Assembly (NCBI GenBank): GCA_051362555.1
Contig: CM120640.1
Span: forward strand, 66,132,788-66,196,787
Length of the DNA stretch: 64,000 nucleotides
Source: Lingula anatina
Taxonomy: Eukaryota; Animalia; Brachiopoda
Reading direction: 5' to 3'
Below are positions 13,578 through 25,886 of this stretch, in pieces. The number at the start of each line of letters is the position of its first letter. Position 1 is the stretch's first letter. The notes under the pieces were generated by a model. It saw only the letters and a list, made by a program, of their open reading frames with translations, searched no databases and was not told the origin of the DNA. The position numbers and the translations under genes were made by a program.

Positions 13578-16464
13578 ATGAATAATACTTCGTCAACTTT
13601 AACAGCAAAATCGTTTTGCTTTCTGGTGTGGCTCCTCGGATTATTTTGCCAGGAAGGTAAGTTTATCGAATTAAAAAAGCTTAGACTTTTTTCTTTAAAG
13701 TTTCATTGCTTTTGGAATATAAAAGGACTAGTGTTTGTTTATGATATCTTTAGTACGTATTAGTATTGGCTCGTAGGCATGGTTTTGATATTAAAAGTTA
13801 GCTTAAGACAACAGAAAAAAATGAAAGTCGATTGAATTTTCACAATTTTTTTAGTTGGAACTTGTGACGTGCCATGGGAGCGATATGGACGAAATTGTTA
13901 CAGATATTATGCATCAGTTGCGAACTATGATGACGCCAATGCTAACTGCGCGGCTGAGGGCGGCCACTTGGTGACAACAAAGACAGGGGATGTTCACAAT
14001 TTTGTAATGGCACTAAGGTAATACATATCCTAGTTCAAAATGAAGTGCTAAAAATACTGACGGAAATTTTAATCCTAAAAACGGATTTTCATTATATTGA
14101 CCTGATGAAAATTATGACTAAATATTAAAATTTATGAATAAAAAGTTTTACTCTGTGTAGATTACCATCGGCACCTTTTGGATCGTCAACAAACTGAAAA
14201 CAACTCAGATATGTAAATTGATGCCAAGTGCTTCGTATCAAAACGCGGCTCTGTTTTGCCGGTCAGACGGAGAAACAAAACGTCTTTTATATAATTGTGG
14301 AAAATGCATGAGCAGAAGTCATGTTTAAAAAATTTATGGTTTCTGTGTGCGTATTTTAATAAAAATTAATTTTCTAATTTTGGGGCGTCCAACATTCATC
14401 TACTCCAATATTGCATTGATTTCATAGATTTCATTTTTATAATGGTACAACATATTAGTGACCATTGTTATCCAAGCCGTGTTGTTGGGTATTGCAGACC
14501 CTCAGGAGGGGACATGTGGATAGGGCTGAAGGATTTAACAGGGAATGCAATGACGATGGGCCCGGCCGGAGACTGGCAGTGGGCAGACGGTTCACGTGGA
14601 CCATTAAATTGGCAGACTTGGGCGGCATCCCAGTTAGGCGGTGAGTACAAATATAACTATTACCCGTTATTTTTCTCTGTAAGATGCAAGGCTTTTTAGA
14701 AAAAGAACACAAACTTGTATATGGCATTTGAACTGATGTTCAGGGCATTCTCTTCAATGAACAGTGCGGCTCTTCTCTAAGAGTGTAAAAGCTAGCGCAC
14801 GACATGAATCCCTCTTATCCCAATAACTTTTAAATGTTTTGAAGTCAATAATTGATACACGGCTTAGATTTACTACGAAAGAATTAAAGTGTTCTTTTTT
14901 CACATCATTCCAGTTAATTGATTTTTTTAAAGAAATAAAAGCAGCTTTCTTACCACTTGTAAACATTTGTTCTTCGACTGCTGTCTGAACTGTGCTACTG
15001 ATGTGTCTATATCAAGGTTTTAGCATGATATGCTACTGTAATCATGATGACGAAAAAGCGAAAAATTGTCAGTTTGAACTTTCCTTGGGTGGCACTGGTG
15101 GCATTGACCTTTAATACCATCACTGTTTCTGACATTTATTGAAACTATTCGCAACAGCAGGATAATTCATTTTAAGATTTTTTTTCTTGGTTTATTACTT
15201 TTGTAACATATCCTTCATCAGCTGCGTGAGGTCAACAATTACCCCTGGAAGCTCTGTGCAACGTTAAACATGAGTGTTGATAAAATTTCCCAGCTACACT
15301 TGACAAACAATTTTTCACAATTTAGAACATTCCAAAAATCCGGAATCCCTCAAATTTTACAATGTTCCAAGGATTGAAGCAATGCACTTGGTATGAAAAT
15401 GAGACTGTAAGAAGCAAACATGATAAGCCGAGTATTGACAGCATCGAAATTAATTAATTCATTGAATATCTACAGTCGCTTTAAATGTAATATCCCATGT
15501 TGAATATTAACACTATGTATTTGACACTGCACTGAAACTTTTGGTTAGAATTTTTAAAGGGCGTTGTTCTTTTTTACTGTACTTTTAGGCCCATGTATAA
15601 GTCAAGATGGAACGCAAGGGAACGACTGGGTTAGAAATTCATGCACATCACAGTTTGCATACATGTGTCAAAAGCCGCTAGGTAAGATATTTACTCATAT
15701 GTACAGATTGTCATTTCAAAACAAAAAAAAGATGAAATGGGTATATACATTGAAACTACATTTAAAGCAAAAAATGTCTGCCAATAGTTACTCACTGAAA
15801 ATACACGCAAAACTGCATTATTGCGCGTGCGACATAAAAATGTAAAAACCTGAGATAAAACCCGACATCAAGGGTAATTGCACCGCCCCATATTATTGGT
15901 TCGTCCGTTGTCAAAAATCTATAAAGATAATGTGTTAATTGCAATCCAGCAAAGTTGGATTTTTATTTTGGACCATGTGTTGCATTCATTGTAATTCCCT
16001 GATACTGATTTCATTTTTAGTTTATTTGATGTATGTCTCTCAACTACCGCAGTTTAAAACGAGAGCAACATGTAAGCATTTCTGTCGATGCGATATTAAT
16101 TCTGCTGATGCACACCTAGCATTACAACATATTACTGAAGATATCTAGAAGTGCTGAGATATAGCTTACTTGGGTCCACATACACGAATGTTAACATTTT
16201 ATTTCTTCAGGTAATAATGATGGATTGTGGCGAAAAACAAGAACATCCAAACAGGCCGACTCGAACCTTTCTACCAAAACGGAGTATGCAAGTACCCTGA
16301 CCGAGTGCGCCATAAAGTGCCTGGGCGAACCTTCTTGCATTGCCTTCAACATTGGGCCAAGTGTACTGGGGAGACACGAATGTGTTATGTTTGATAATTA
16401 TGGCAAAGACGATAACCTGTACACTGATAACGATGACTGGAATTTCTATGAGTTTGTTCAATAA
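13578..16464 (+). CDS. Secreted C-type lectin-like domain + C-terminal PAN/apple-like domain protein, ~243 aa; exons 13578-13656, 13855-14017, 14498-14640, 15589-15681, 16211-16464
   Basis: Hydrophobic leader. CTLD hallmarks CDVPWERYGRNCY, ANANCAAEGGHLV, MWIGLKD, WQWADG, C...W..NSC..QFAYMCQK. PAN-like TLTECAIKCLGEPSCIAFNI...CVMF. Phases 1,2,1,1 consistent, 732 nt total. Confidence 0.9.
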
Positions 16465-19252
16465 TTTTATTGAACATTTATTTTTATTTTTCATACTTTA
16501 AAACTTTATTGGTATACCTTGTTTTCAAACACAATAAGAGTACGCATAGATACAGTAAGCTTCAATTTTTAATAAAACTGTCTGAATTTTTTGCATCTTT
16601 TTGTCACCTCAGTGATAAAAACTACATAGCATGCACCAAATATGAACAGAAATGTTCCATAATAATCCCTGCCGTCAGCACTGCAATTAATTTTCTGGCA
16701 TTTACTTGTATCACAAACCAACATATGGATATTGTTTTTTGGTATGCCTTTTCTTTACAATCAGTGCAGTTAGAAAGAGAAAACGCACATTGAAATAAGC
16801 ACTTGAGTAACACGTGCAGGAATACATCTGATATATAAAGTTTTACTGCATTTTAGTCTGCGGTAATCGAGAAGGCAGATAATTGGACAAGCATTTAATA
16901 AGTTAAATCGCCTTTATTTACAATCTGGTTAAAATTTATTGTCATTTAACTAGAAAAAATCTATGTTGTTTGGAGGGATGTCAAATAAGGTGGAGTTGCA
17001 TGCTAACAGACTAAAACCACAGATTTTGCATGTTCAGCAGGTGAGTTGCAATATCTGCCAGTGTATTCTATCTTAAACCTGGCGCCGAAACAACACATTT
17101 CTAAACATAGTAGCACATGAAACACCACGCCAACGGGCATTCTTTCAGGGGTTCACAGAGTGTCAAATAGGGGTAAATTCAAAAGTTGTTTTATTTTTTT
17201 TTTCGTCCAGACTATAAAAGTAGGCTATTTTTATCAACTGAAAGTAGAACCTTATCCATAATGTATCATTCAACGCTCAATTTGGCAAATAACGAATACA
17301 GCGTATGAAATGCGAACGTCTGGGTGCATCACCTAAAGAAAAAGAGAAATGTTTTTTCAAGCTATTATTTCACCCTTGCGGACCGAGCAATCATTTAATT
17401 GGCCTCGAAATGACGACATTGGAATTAAGTTCACGTATGCATGCGTAGTTCCCATGTCAAACATTTATCTGTCTGTGCACCGAAGATATACCTTTGAAAG
17501 TGACAAAATAAACAAATAAGAACTACATTGGCAAATCAGGTTTTTCCTAGCATATTGAGAAAAGTGTGCACGCAGCAGTGCACCACTTGAGTAAGATGTT
17601 TATCAAAGTTCGTGCCCTGCGGTCAATTACCTGATGCTATGTTTTCAGATTTCAGAAAGTTTTTTGAAGAATAAGTGAGAGGGCATTTGCTCCAAGGTTG
17701 GAGCCATAAACCCACCAGGTTGAAACCACGTGGCTTTTAGATCGCTGCTGATGTAGCCACGTGGTAGCCACGTGATCACATGGTGTGCTTAGTGAACGGG
17801 AATTATTTTGTTCAAAATTGTGGCGACAAACTTCCAAATACTAATCAAAAGGACGGTTGTTTCTTGGGAAAAGCATTAAGGAGTATTAAGGACAGGGTGG
17901 GATATTGTATATGAAATGGAATCTCCCCTTTCTAGCCGACTAACTTTCAGAAATATAATACCTAAAAGTACCTGCGCACTTCAAATCACAAGTAAAAATT
18001 GTAATAAAATACTTCCCCCATTTTCTACAGCTACGTAAAAGGTGTTCTGCACTTTGTTTGTGTGCGAAGTAAATGACCGCCTCTGAGAGAAACCACGCCA
18101 TCAAACGTTCACTTTAAGACATACAGTCTAATTCAAACACGGTGCACGCGTCGGTCAACAGTCTCTGTGTGCTTAAGAACATCAGTACCAACACGTCTAC
18201 AGTTGCACAGCACTACTTCGGCACATGTCAGAAACACATTTCGTTCCCAAATTAAAGAAGTACAACTGAATTGAAAACATGTTCAAGGTCAAAGACCTTA
18301 AGTCAATGTCCTAAGTTCACTCCGGTGTCATTTCAAAGCGTCGCCGTCGTTACAAAATTAGATTGCAGTTTCCGTAGTTTAAACAAGTCATCTTAATGCG
18401 CTATCTTAAGAAATGGTAATAGCCAATCTTTATTTTACACGTTATGTCTGTCTGTAATGATGTTTCCGACTCTTTCAATAGATATAGAAATAGAAATAGC
18501 TCGCGGCTACCTTCTAGCGACAAGAACTATTGGTATTCTTACACCGTTTAGAAATCTATACCACTTGTTAACGGTGTGCACACGTGTTCGAAAGAAGTGC
18601 ACCTAAGTTCAGTAAGTTGAATACTGTCCATAGATCCTTCTAGTGTTCATCCAAAAACCTTAGTCAAAGTAAGTGAGGTTAAACATAACGAACAGTCAAA
18701 ATTAAATATTGATAAGCAATTACACGAAGTAAGACAAAGCCAATGACCATTGGAATTTTGATAGTATTACAATGAACCATGTTGGCACGGAAAGCTAACC
18801 TCTCTTATGCGCTGTATTTTGAAAAAGGTGTATAATCTGTATTCTAGCTTAATCATACATGATTTGACACTGCCAATTATTTCCACTCGAATCAATTTGA
18901 ATATTTAAACATAAATACAGGTAGGCCTACCATTATGATTTTATCTCGAGGCACTGTGTTCTGATCATTGCCAACTGAGAACATCTTAATCAGATCTAGT
19001 CCAGATCAAATTATATTAGGTCTGCTTATCTAAACTCAGCTGTAATGCTTAAACAAACGATGCATTCGCATGACATTTCGCAAAAACCGAGACGAAAGTT
19101 GAGATCTAGCGCTTGATCACACACGGGGACATTCACGTGCACACGCGCAATGCAGGAATGTCGATGTCGGCTCTGCGTTTCATATCGATGTCCATGGTAG
19201 CCAGGCCAAGAAATTTGAGAAACATTTGTGGAAACAAAACATCCGCTGTGCA

Positions 19253-22200
19253 TCAGCTGTCCATGAACCTGTTCAGCATTTTGTTAAACACTTGCCTAAC
19301 TTGTTGTGCAGAACTTCTTCGACGTCTGTTTTCTATCGATTTTCTCCTTTTAACCTCTCTATAGACCTCATGGAAAGCTTCCAGTATGTCCTCACCCCCC
19401 TCACACGCAGAGGTTTCAAAAAATGCACAAGCGAGTTCTGACGCAAGTCTTTCGCCTTCCTCAGTTGTCACCTGTCTCTGGCGTTCCAAATCAATTTTGT
19501 TACCAATAATTACACAGCTAACGTTTCTAGCCTTTTTCACTTCGTCAAAGTATTGTTTTAATGAGCTGACTTCGTCGAAGCTCGACCTGTCTGTTACACT
19601 ATACACTACGATGAAACCATCTCCCCACCGGATGTGTCCTTCCTTGTTTATGGGGTCGTCCTGAAACGTGAAATGTTTAAATTAAAAAAAAAAATTTAAA
19701 AATTTCAAAAAGATAATATTCAAACAATTTTCACCCACCAGGGGAAACACAATTAACTTGTTACAAATGCTTGTCAGGACAGGCAGATTTTTAAGTAACT
19801 AACACAGATAAGACTAGAACCTCCGCCAAGGACTTGACATTGATAAATTGTGTTTGGTGTGACCACATTTATTGTGCGACATGTCAAGGTCATTGGTCAT
19901 ATCTCGTAATGCTAAAGAATCCTTTTTAAAATTTTGGATCCAGAAGATGATCCGAGTCACAGATCACCACCAAAACCTAATCACCCATTCTAACTTATCC
20001 TGAAAATTTGATCAAATTCTACCCGTAACTTTTTGAGTTAGGCAAGTGAAGAACGAGCATTAAAAAAACGGATATGAAAACTCAACCTCCTTGCTTGGCG
20101 GAGGTGACAATAGTTAACTTTAGTAAATGCTTCGATAACAATGATGAAAAGTGAACACTTACCAATCCAGCGGTGTCCAATATCTCCAAAGCCACGTTTT
20201 CATCATCTATTGTTGTTTGGTGTTTATACGTGCACTCTGCAAGTGATAAAAATATCTGTCACCACGGGCATTTTCCAAAAGAAACTGCACAGTTCACTAA
20301 ACAACTGCTTATGTTTAAAATTTTGCAATATAGGTTGACATTCTGGAAGAGTCATGAATTAAGAATATCTAAGTCGACCCAAGTACAGTGGATGTATATT
20401 GTTTTTATCGTTATCTTTGTACTCATTAAAACTTTATTACGTGACTATTTGAAAGGATTACATGAAAGGATTCCTAGAAATTCGAATAAAGCGCCTGGAA
20501 ACCTTTTATACATAAAAAACGAAATCAAGTTGTTTTAAATAACCTGCCACGTTAGTGAAGTTTAAAATGCAATCAATTTGCTGCATGGACGTGAATAAAA
20601 ACCGCAACTGTATTGTAGGCACACCTCTGGGATCACAGTGGAACTCTCTTACTTCAAATTTCACTTAAACAATCCGCTCTCAAACCAATACATTATTCCG
20701 ATATGATATAATCGTCATCATTTGACACGCTATGCCCTCATATTCAACACCCAGCAAGACTCCGCACATCGCAACAACAAACGAATTACAACACCCATCT
20801 TAACCCAGTTATGTCACAACTAACACACTGTCACACCCAGGTATCATCATTACTACATATAATCGCTAGATTTACTCACCCAGTGTTGGGTCATAATCCC
20901 AGATGAAGCGCTTGGTCAGAAACCGGACGATAAGTGCTGCAAAAGATAACAATGTCTTTGTTACTTAGGGAACATAAATAGCAAAATAATTTAGTGATTG
21001 CCTCTTCGACTTGATTTAGAACCAACTTCTTAAGATAAAAATAACATAAACGGATTTTTTACTTTCGTCACTTTATTGGTAATGCTAAACAAACTGAAGT
21101 CACTATCGAATCCAGAACTATTATATAAATGTCCAAATATTTCGCTGAAAACTCGCATTTACGGATGTTATAAAATACGCAGACAGCAGCACCAGTCATG
21201 ATTATACAGCAATAATGAACCTCTGCGGAAACAGCTTACAACAAATTGAGAATAACCACATACATTTCGGCAGTAATATTTAGGCGTCTTGACTTCTGTC
21301 ATGCGTATAACAACAGAAATTGGCAAGGCTCATGAGAAAGTTAAACGTCCGGTAAAGAGGAAAAAAATAAAACATATGGAGCATCTCGTGGCTGAAAAGG
21401 AACATATGAAGGTGTACTGACGGAAGGCTGAGGCAAATAAAGTCGGTGATGGCAGTTTTTGGCCCACGGCTTTTAAGCCCGTGTATAGTAACGTGGTTTG
21501 TCAAAAGGTGTTAACGACGAAGAGCGGGGACATGTGGTTAAATGGTCAAGTTATTTATATATAATATGTGCGTTTTATAAGCGCTGCAGCTTCCCATTAT
21601 CTTACACTTAGAATAATCTAATTATCCACTTATAGCACTTCATCTAACTTTTTATAAGCGTAATCATCGCTTACTTTCTACTTGAAGACTGTCAGATGGA
21701 ACTGACACGCTACCGTGAAATGCCGAAGACGCATGCTTCCTTGTAATAGGCTCTAACAACCTCGGCTGATTTTTAGGGATATGCATTTTTGCTAGTCTCT
21801 GCTGTGATCATTGGCAGTTCATCTTTCCGTTTAAAAATAGTGGTGCCAAAAAGGTTATACAATATCTAAGAATCCTTTTTATTCCTTCTTGAAAAAATTT
21901 TGGGAAGTACAGTTTAGGAGCAGTATTGAACGTAATACTGGCAAAAAATCAAGTAATTACAACTGTGAGTTATCTTTTTAGAAATCACACGCTGAAATAA
22001 GTGAGTTTATTGCTTTAGCCTTTTTTTTGCTTGGAAAGTGCACCCTAGCTCACGCGACTAGGAAGAAAACTCGCAGATATGAACCTGTATGAAAGCTGCC
22101 TATTATCAAAGTGTGTCAGCCACATCTTTCTTCTCGTGGATTTCAATACTTAGATCCTGTTCATTCGTACAAAATGCTATCTCTCTTTTGAAGTTGACAC

Positions 22201-25200
22201 AATAAATTCTTGTATTTTGATTTAAAACACAAACCAGAGTGGCTTCAAACCTGTACAAGAGTTTTGAAAGAAAAGCAAGCTACATGTATCAGCTGGATAA
22301 TGTGACCTATTCTGTACCCTCACGTTCACAAAGAGTTTACACTTGACTGTGTCCCCACCCCCACACACCACTGCTACGACACTATGCGCACGACACTTCT
22401 TCAAATATTTACGTTTCATAACTTATGTAATGAGAGATGTATCGGTAAAAAACTTAAGATTTGGCAGCAAGCAATGGTAGTTGTTCTCAGTACGCAAACC
22501 AGACTACACCCCAATCACTCTTTCATTTCCGCAGTCACCGTACTAAACCATTGACAGAAAACGGTATCAATGTTTGAATAAAAAAAAAAGAAAGAAAAGA
22601 AAAAAGTGTGAAACGTGCTACCACCACAATGGTACATGGTGTAAATATGGCATTGCCGCAGGACAAACAAAATAGGTTCAACAAATAAAACCCGGAATGA
22701 AATTACCATCGAAAACAAAGGCGGTGAGAAAAAGGACCAATAATTTACAGTATATCGATGCCTGCTTCTTTCCGGATTCCTGGATATCCTACGAGAGTGG
22801 CACAGTGACTAAGCTTAAGCTGTTATCAATGTCTTACATGCCACTGTTAACCTATATTTCGGTATCCCCTAACAAAATGTCATAAGACATATCCAAATAT
22901 ATTTATCTCATCGGACGACTTCAATGAAACGGGAAAACCCTGGTCTGCGCGCCTGTATTCCTATAACAAGGAGAGATGAAGTTCGAACTTTCTTTATCGT
23001 TCGGTTTTACCAAGGAGTTAAAACAGATCTGTTGTATCTCCTTGGTTTTACATCCCGTAAAATAAAGACATTCCGCAGCACAACCTTGAACGTTCAACTA
23101 TCAGCTGAGACCTTAGTTATGAAAGCTTGTTCTATGAGCAGTTTTTTCCTATTGCTACTGGCGCAGTAGGATCGTGTTATTTTCGACCTAAATCAGAGCG
23201 CTGTCACTGGGCCCTGGGAGAGTTTACGTCTATATCGAACTCTTTAATACTTATGCGCTGTTAGGTAAAAACGCACAGTCGAGGGTGCTAAATGTGATAC
23301 GGTAGTTCCATGCTTAAATATATCTAATTAGCGTCCCCATTCACCCTGGGGTATCCAAATGCAGGTCCAAAGTCACGTAGGTCGCGGGTTGAGTATCTTT
23401 TTTTGAAACCAAGCAATTTTTAGTTAGAATTCGTGTATGAATTGGCTGTGTAAGAGTCCTGGTAGTGGTAGATTTACTTGTTGGCCCATGATTAACTGCT
23501 GGAAGTGTGCCAGATACGTACAGATAGTATGAGCTTGGCAAGACGGACGATTGAACATGAGGAACTATCTATTTATTTTGCAGACGTCCATGTCAGAGTA
23601 AAGGGTCACAAAAATAAATAAATAAATAAATAAATAAATGAATAAGGATACTTTTGATGTCGAGCTATTTGTGCACAGAGATCTATTTATATGTAGTGGT
23701 AAGACTGAAAAAAAAGCACTGCATGACTGTAGATATTTATTTCCCGTTGTTTAAGCTTGACGTAATTTCTTTCACCAGACACATTGTCCATATTCGTGGC
23801 ACTGGAGTTCATGGTTGTGTTTTGGGTATACAGAAATTTTTTGAAAGGTTGCAATATTTTAAAGAACTCTGGGCTTTAATTTTGCTCACATTTCTGATTA
23901 CCCCCCCCCCCTCTCACCACCACCACCACTCAAGCCAGTGGGAGCTGCCCTTCCTTGATTCTTGATTGTCAATTACAGAGATTCCAATCACAGCACAAAA
24001 AAGCATCTGAGCTATGAACTGGACACTGGCATTGTAGTTAACCTTAACGGCGTCGTCGAGTCTTTAAGCAGACAGAAAAAAGAGGGAACGATAGCTTAAG
24101 ATATTTCAACGGTCACAGGCAGGCCCACTTTTTATGTTTATGTCATCAGAATTTATAGCGATTTGGAAGCAAATTGAAACCTGAGGAAAATAATTGAGGT
24201 GGAATACCTCGACAAAGAGGTTGGAACAAAGAAGTTTTTATGCGGTGAAAGGTTCGCCCTAATAATGCTAAAGTGACGTGCCACTTAATACTGAGTATGA
24301 AAAATCGGTTGCTTAATCGTTATATATGAGCGATAGTCAAGCGATTTGACCTTTCAACAATTTTAGGCCTACTTTATAATTTCAAGACCATTATTCAATT
24401 ATCTATTTTATCATTTATCTTGTGTGAAAGGGGTACTGGGCTCTGCTTATGTAGATTTCACAACTACGTATAAATCCAGGAGATTTCTTCCATTTGACCA
24501 GCGGCCAAAGACGTACTCTACTCATATTAATATATTTAAAGCATTTTAACTTTTTTCGTTCTTGTATAGTCATTCATTTACAATTGCTACTTCATAGTGC
24601 ACCGTGAAAACCTATACATTTGCACTGTGAATTTTCCATGCCTTTTTAAGCCTTTTTAATTTCTATAAACATTGAGGTATTCATTAAAAACATGTCCCCA
24701 CAATGCTGAAAAATGTAACAGGAAAAAATCGGACGATAGATCCAAATATATTATAATTACTAACATTCGGACACAAAAATCTTTCTTGGTTAAAAATACA
24801 CACGCTCTTCCGGACTCATGACTCGACACCTCCGAGGCAAGCATCTGAAAACAGGCCGTGTAAAGATAGTTGAGAAAGAAATACGACTTCCGCACATCAC
24901 ACAAATCTCTTTTCCATGTCTTCGTTATATCTTCCAGGAGAATTTTCTCAGAAAAAAAGGTCCAGAAAGGTTGAACTGCGGCGCTATAGATAGCTTGTTT
25001 TGTTGGTTCTTATCGCCCGTGCCGTGGCTGAGATCGTTGACTAATTGAATCGAACGTTTTGAGAACTCAATGAGCAGCTGTTTGGGGGAAAAGAAAGATA
25101 TAGGTGATGGATGGGCTGCATGCACGGCACTCAGAACTGTATACAGTGCAGGCCAGGAAGATGAATCGACAGATCTTTAAAACAAATTAACCTGTGGCCT

Positions 25201-25886
25201 ACGATGTTAGCCAGTCATGTTCAATATACAGCAGAACTTACCGCACTAACCGATAGAGTAACAACCAGAGAAACAAATAAACATCCACGTAAACGATGCA
25301 GTATAAATATATCATGATGAACAGCTCGAGATCATTGAGATACTCTGGGATCAGCATGAAGAAGGGTGCTGACCACATGTATACAATATCATAGATCTGT
25401 AGTATATAGGAACTATCGCATGTGTAGGCCTATACTGGGAACGAGCCCGCACCTGTTTTACAAAAAGGTGCAAAAAGAGCTCCTATATAGTGAAAACAAC
25501 CCCAATCCCATATTTGCACATTTCAGTTCCTAACTTTCCTTCACTCTCTAAGTTTTGTTTTGATTTGTCATAATGAACTTAGTTTTCAGCATGGGCCTTG
25601 CTTGTTGATAAAATGCCAATTAAATCCAGTACTGCCACTTATTTGCCAGTTTTCTAATAAATTTTTACTGTTAATTCCCTATTAAAGTATGAATCTTATC
25701 CTGACAACATTAAAAACAGCGTAGGCCTAACTAAACATGACTACACATTTAAGTTACACTGATTATTACCCTACCAGATTTCCCGACTCCAGGGGCCCCG
25801 ACCACCACCAGCTTGGCCTCCGCGGTCTTGCCGTTCTTGGTCGTCATCATGTACGCCGGTAGCGGGGGTGCCAAGTGCACAGGCAT
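19253..25886 (-). CDS. RERG: RERG-like Ras-family small GTPase; exons 25886-25775, 20936-20880, 20236-20163, 19660-19253 (start may instead be the MM at 25850/25847)
   Basis: GAPGVGKS / [20 protein letters not shown] / ILDTAG / EGHIRWGDGF / GNKID / ETSA. C-terminus RRRRSSAQQVRQVFNKML with no CAAX, closely matching vertebrate RERG. Canonical splice sites and consistent phases. The ORF-track start at 26042 is GTG, not ATG. Confidence 0.93.
19812..20110 (+). mobile_element. Non-autonomous Helentron/Helitron-associated-like (HINE-type) repeat in RERG intron 3
   Basis: Subterminal inverted repeat acctccgccaag ... cttggcggaggt with a 3' hairpin. Core tatcctgaaaattt..atca...taactttttgagttaggc is shared with 37100-37620. 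Confidence 0.6.
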
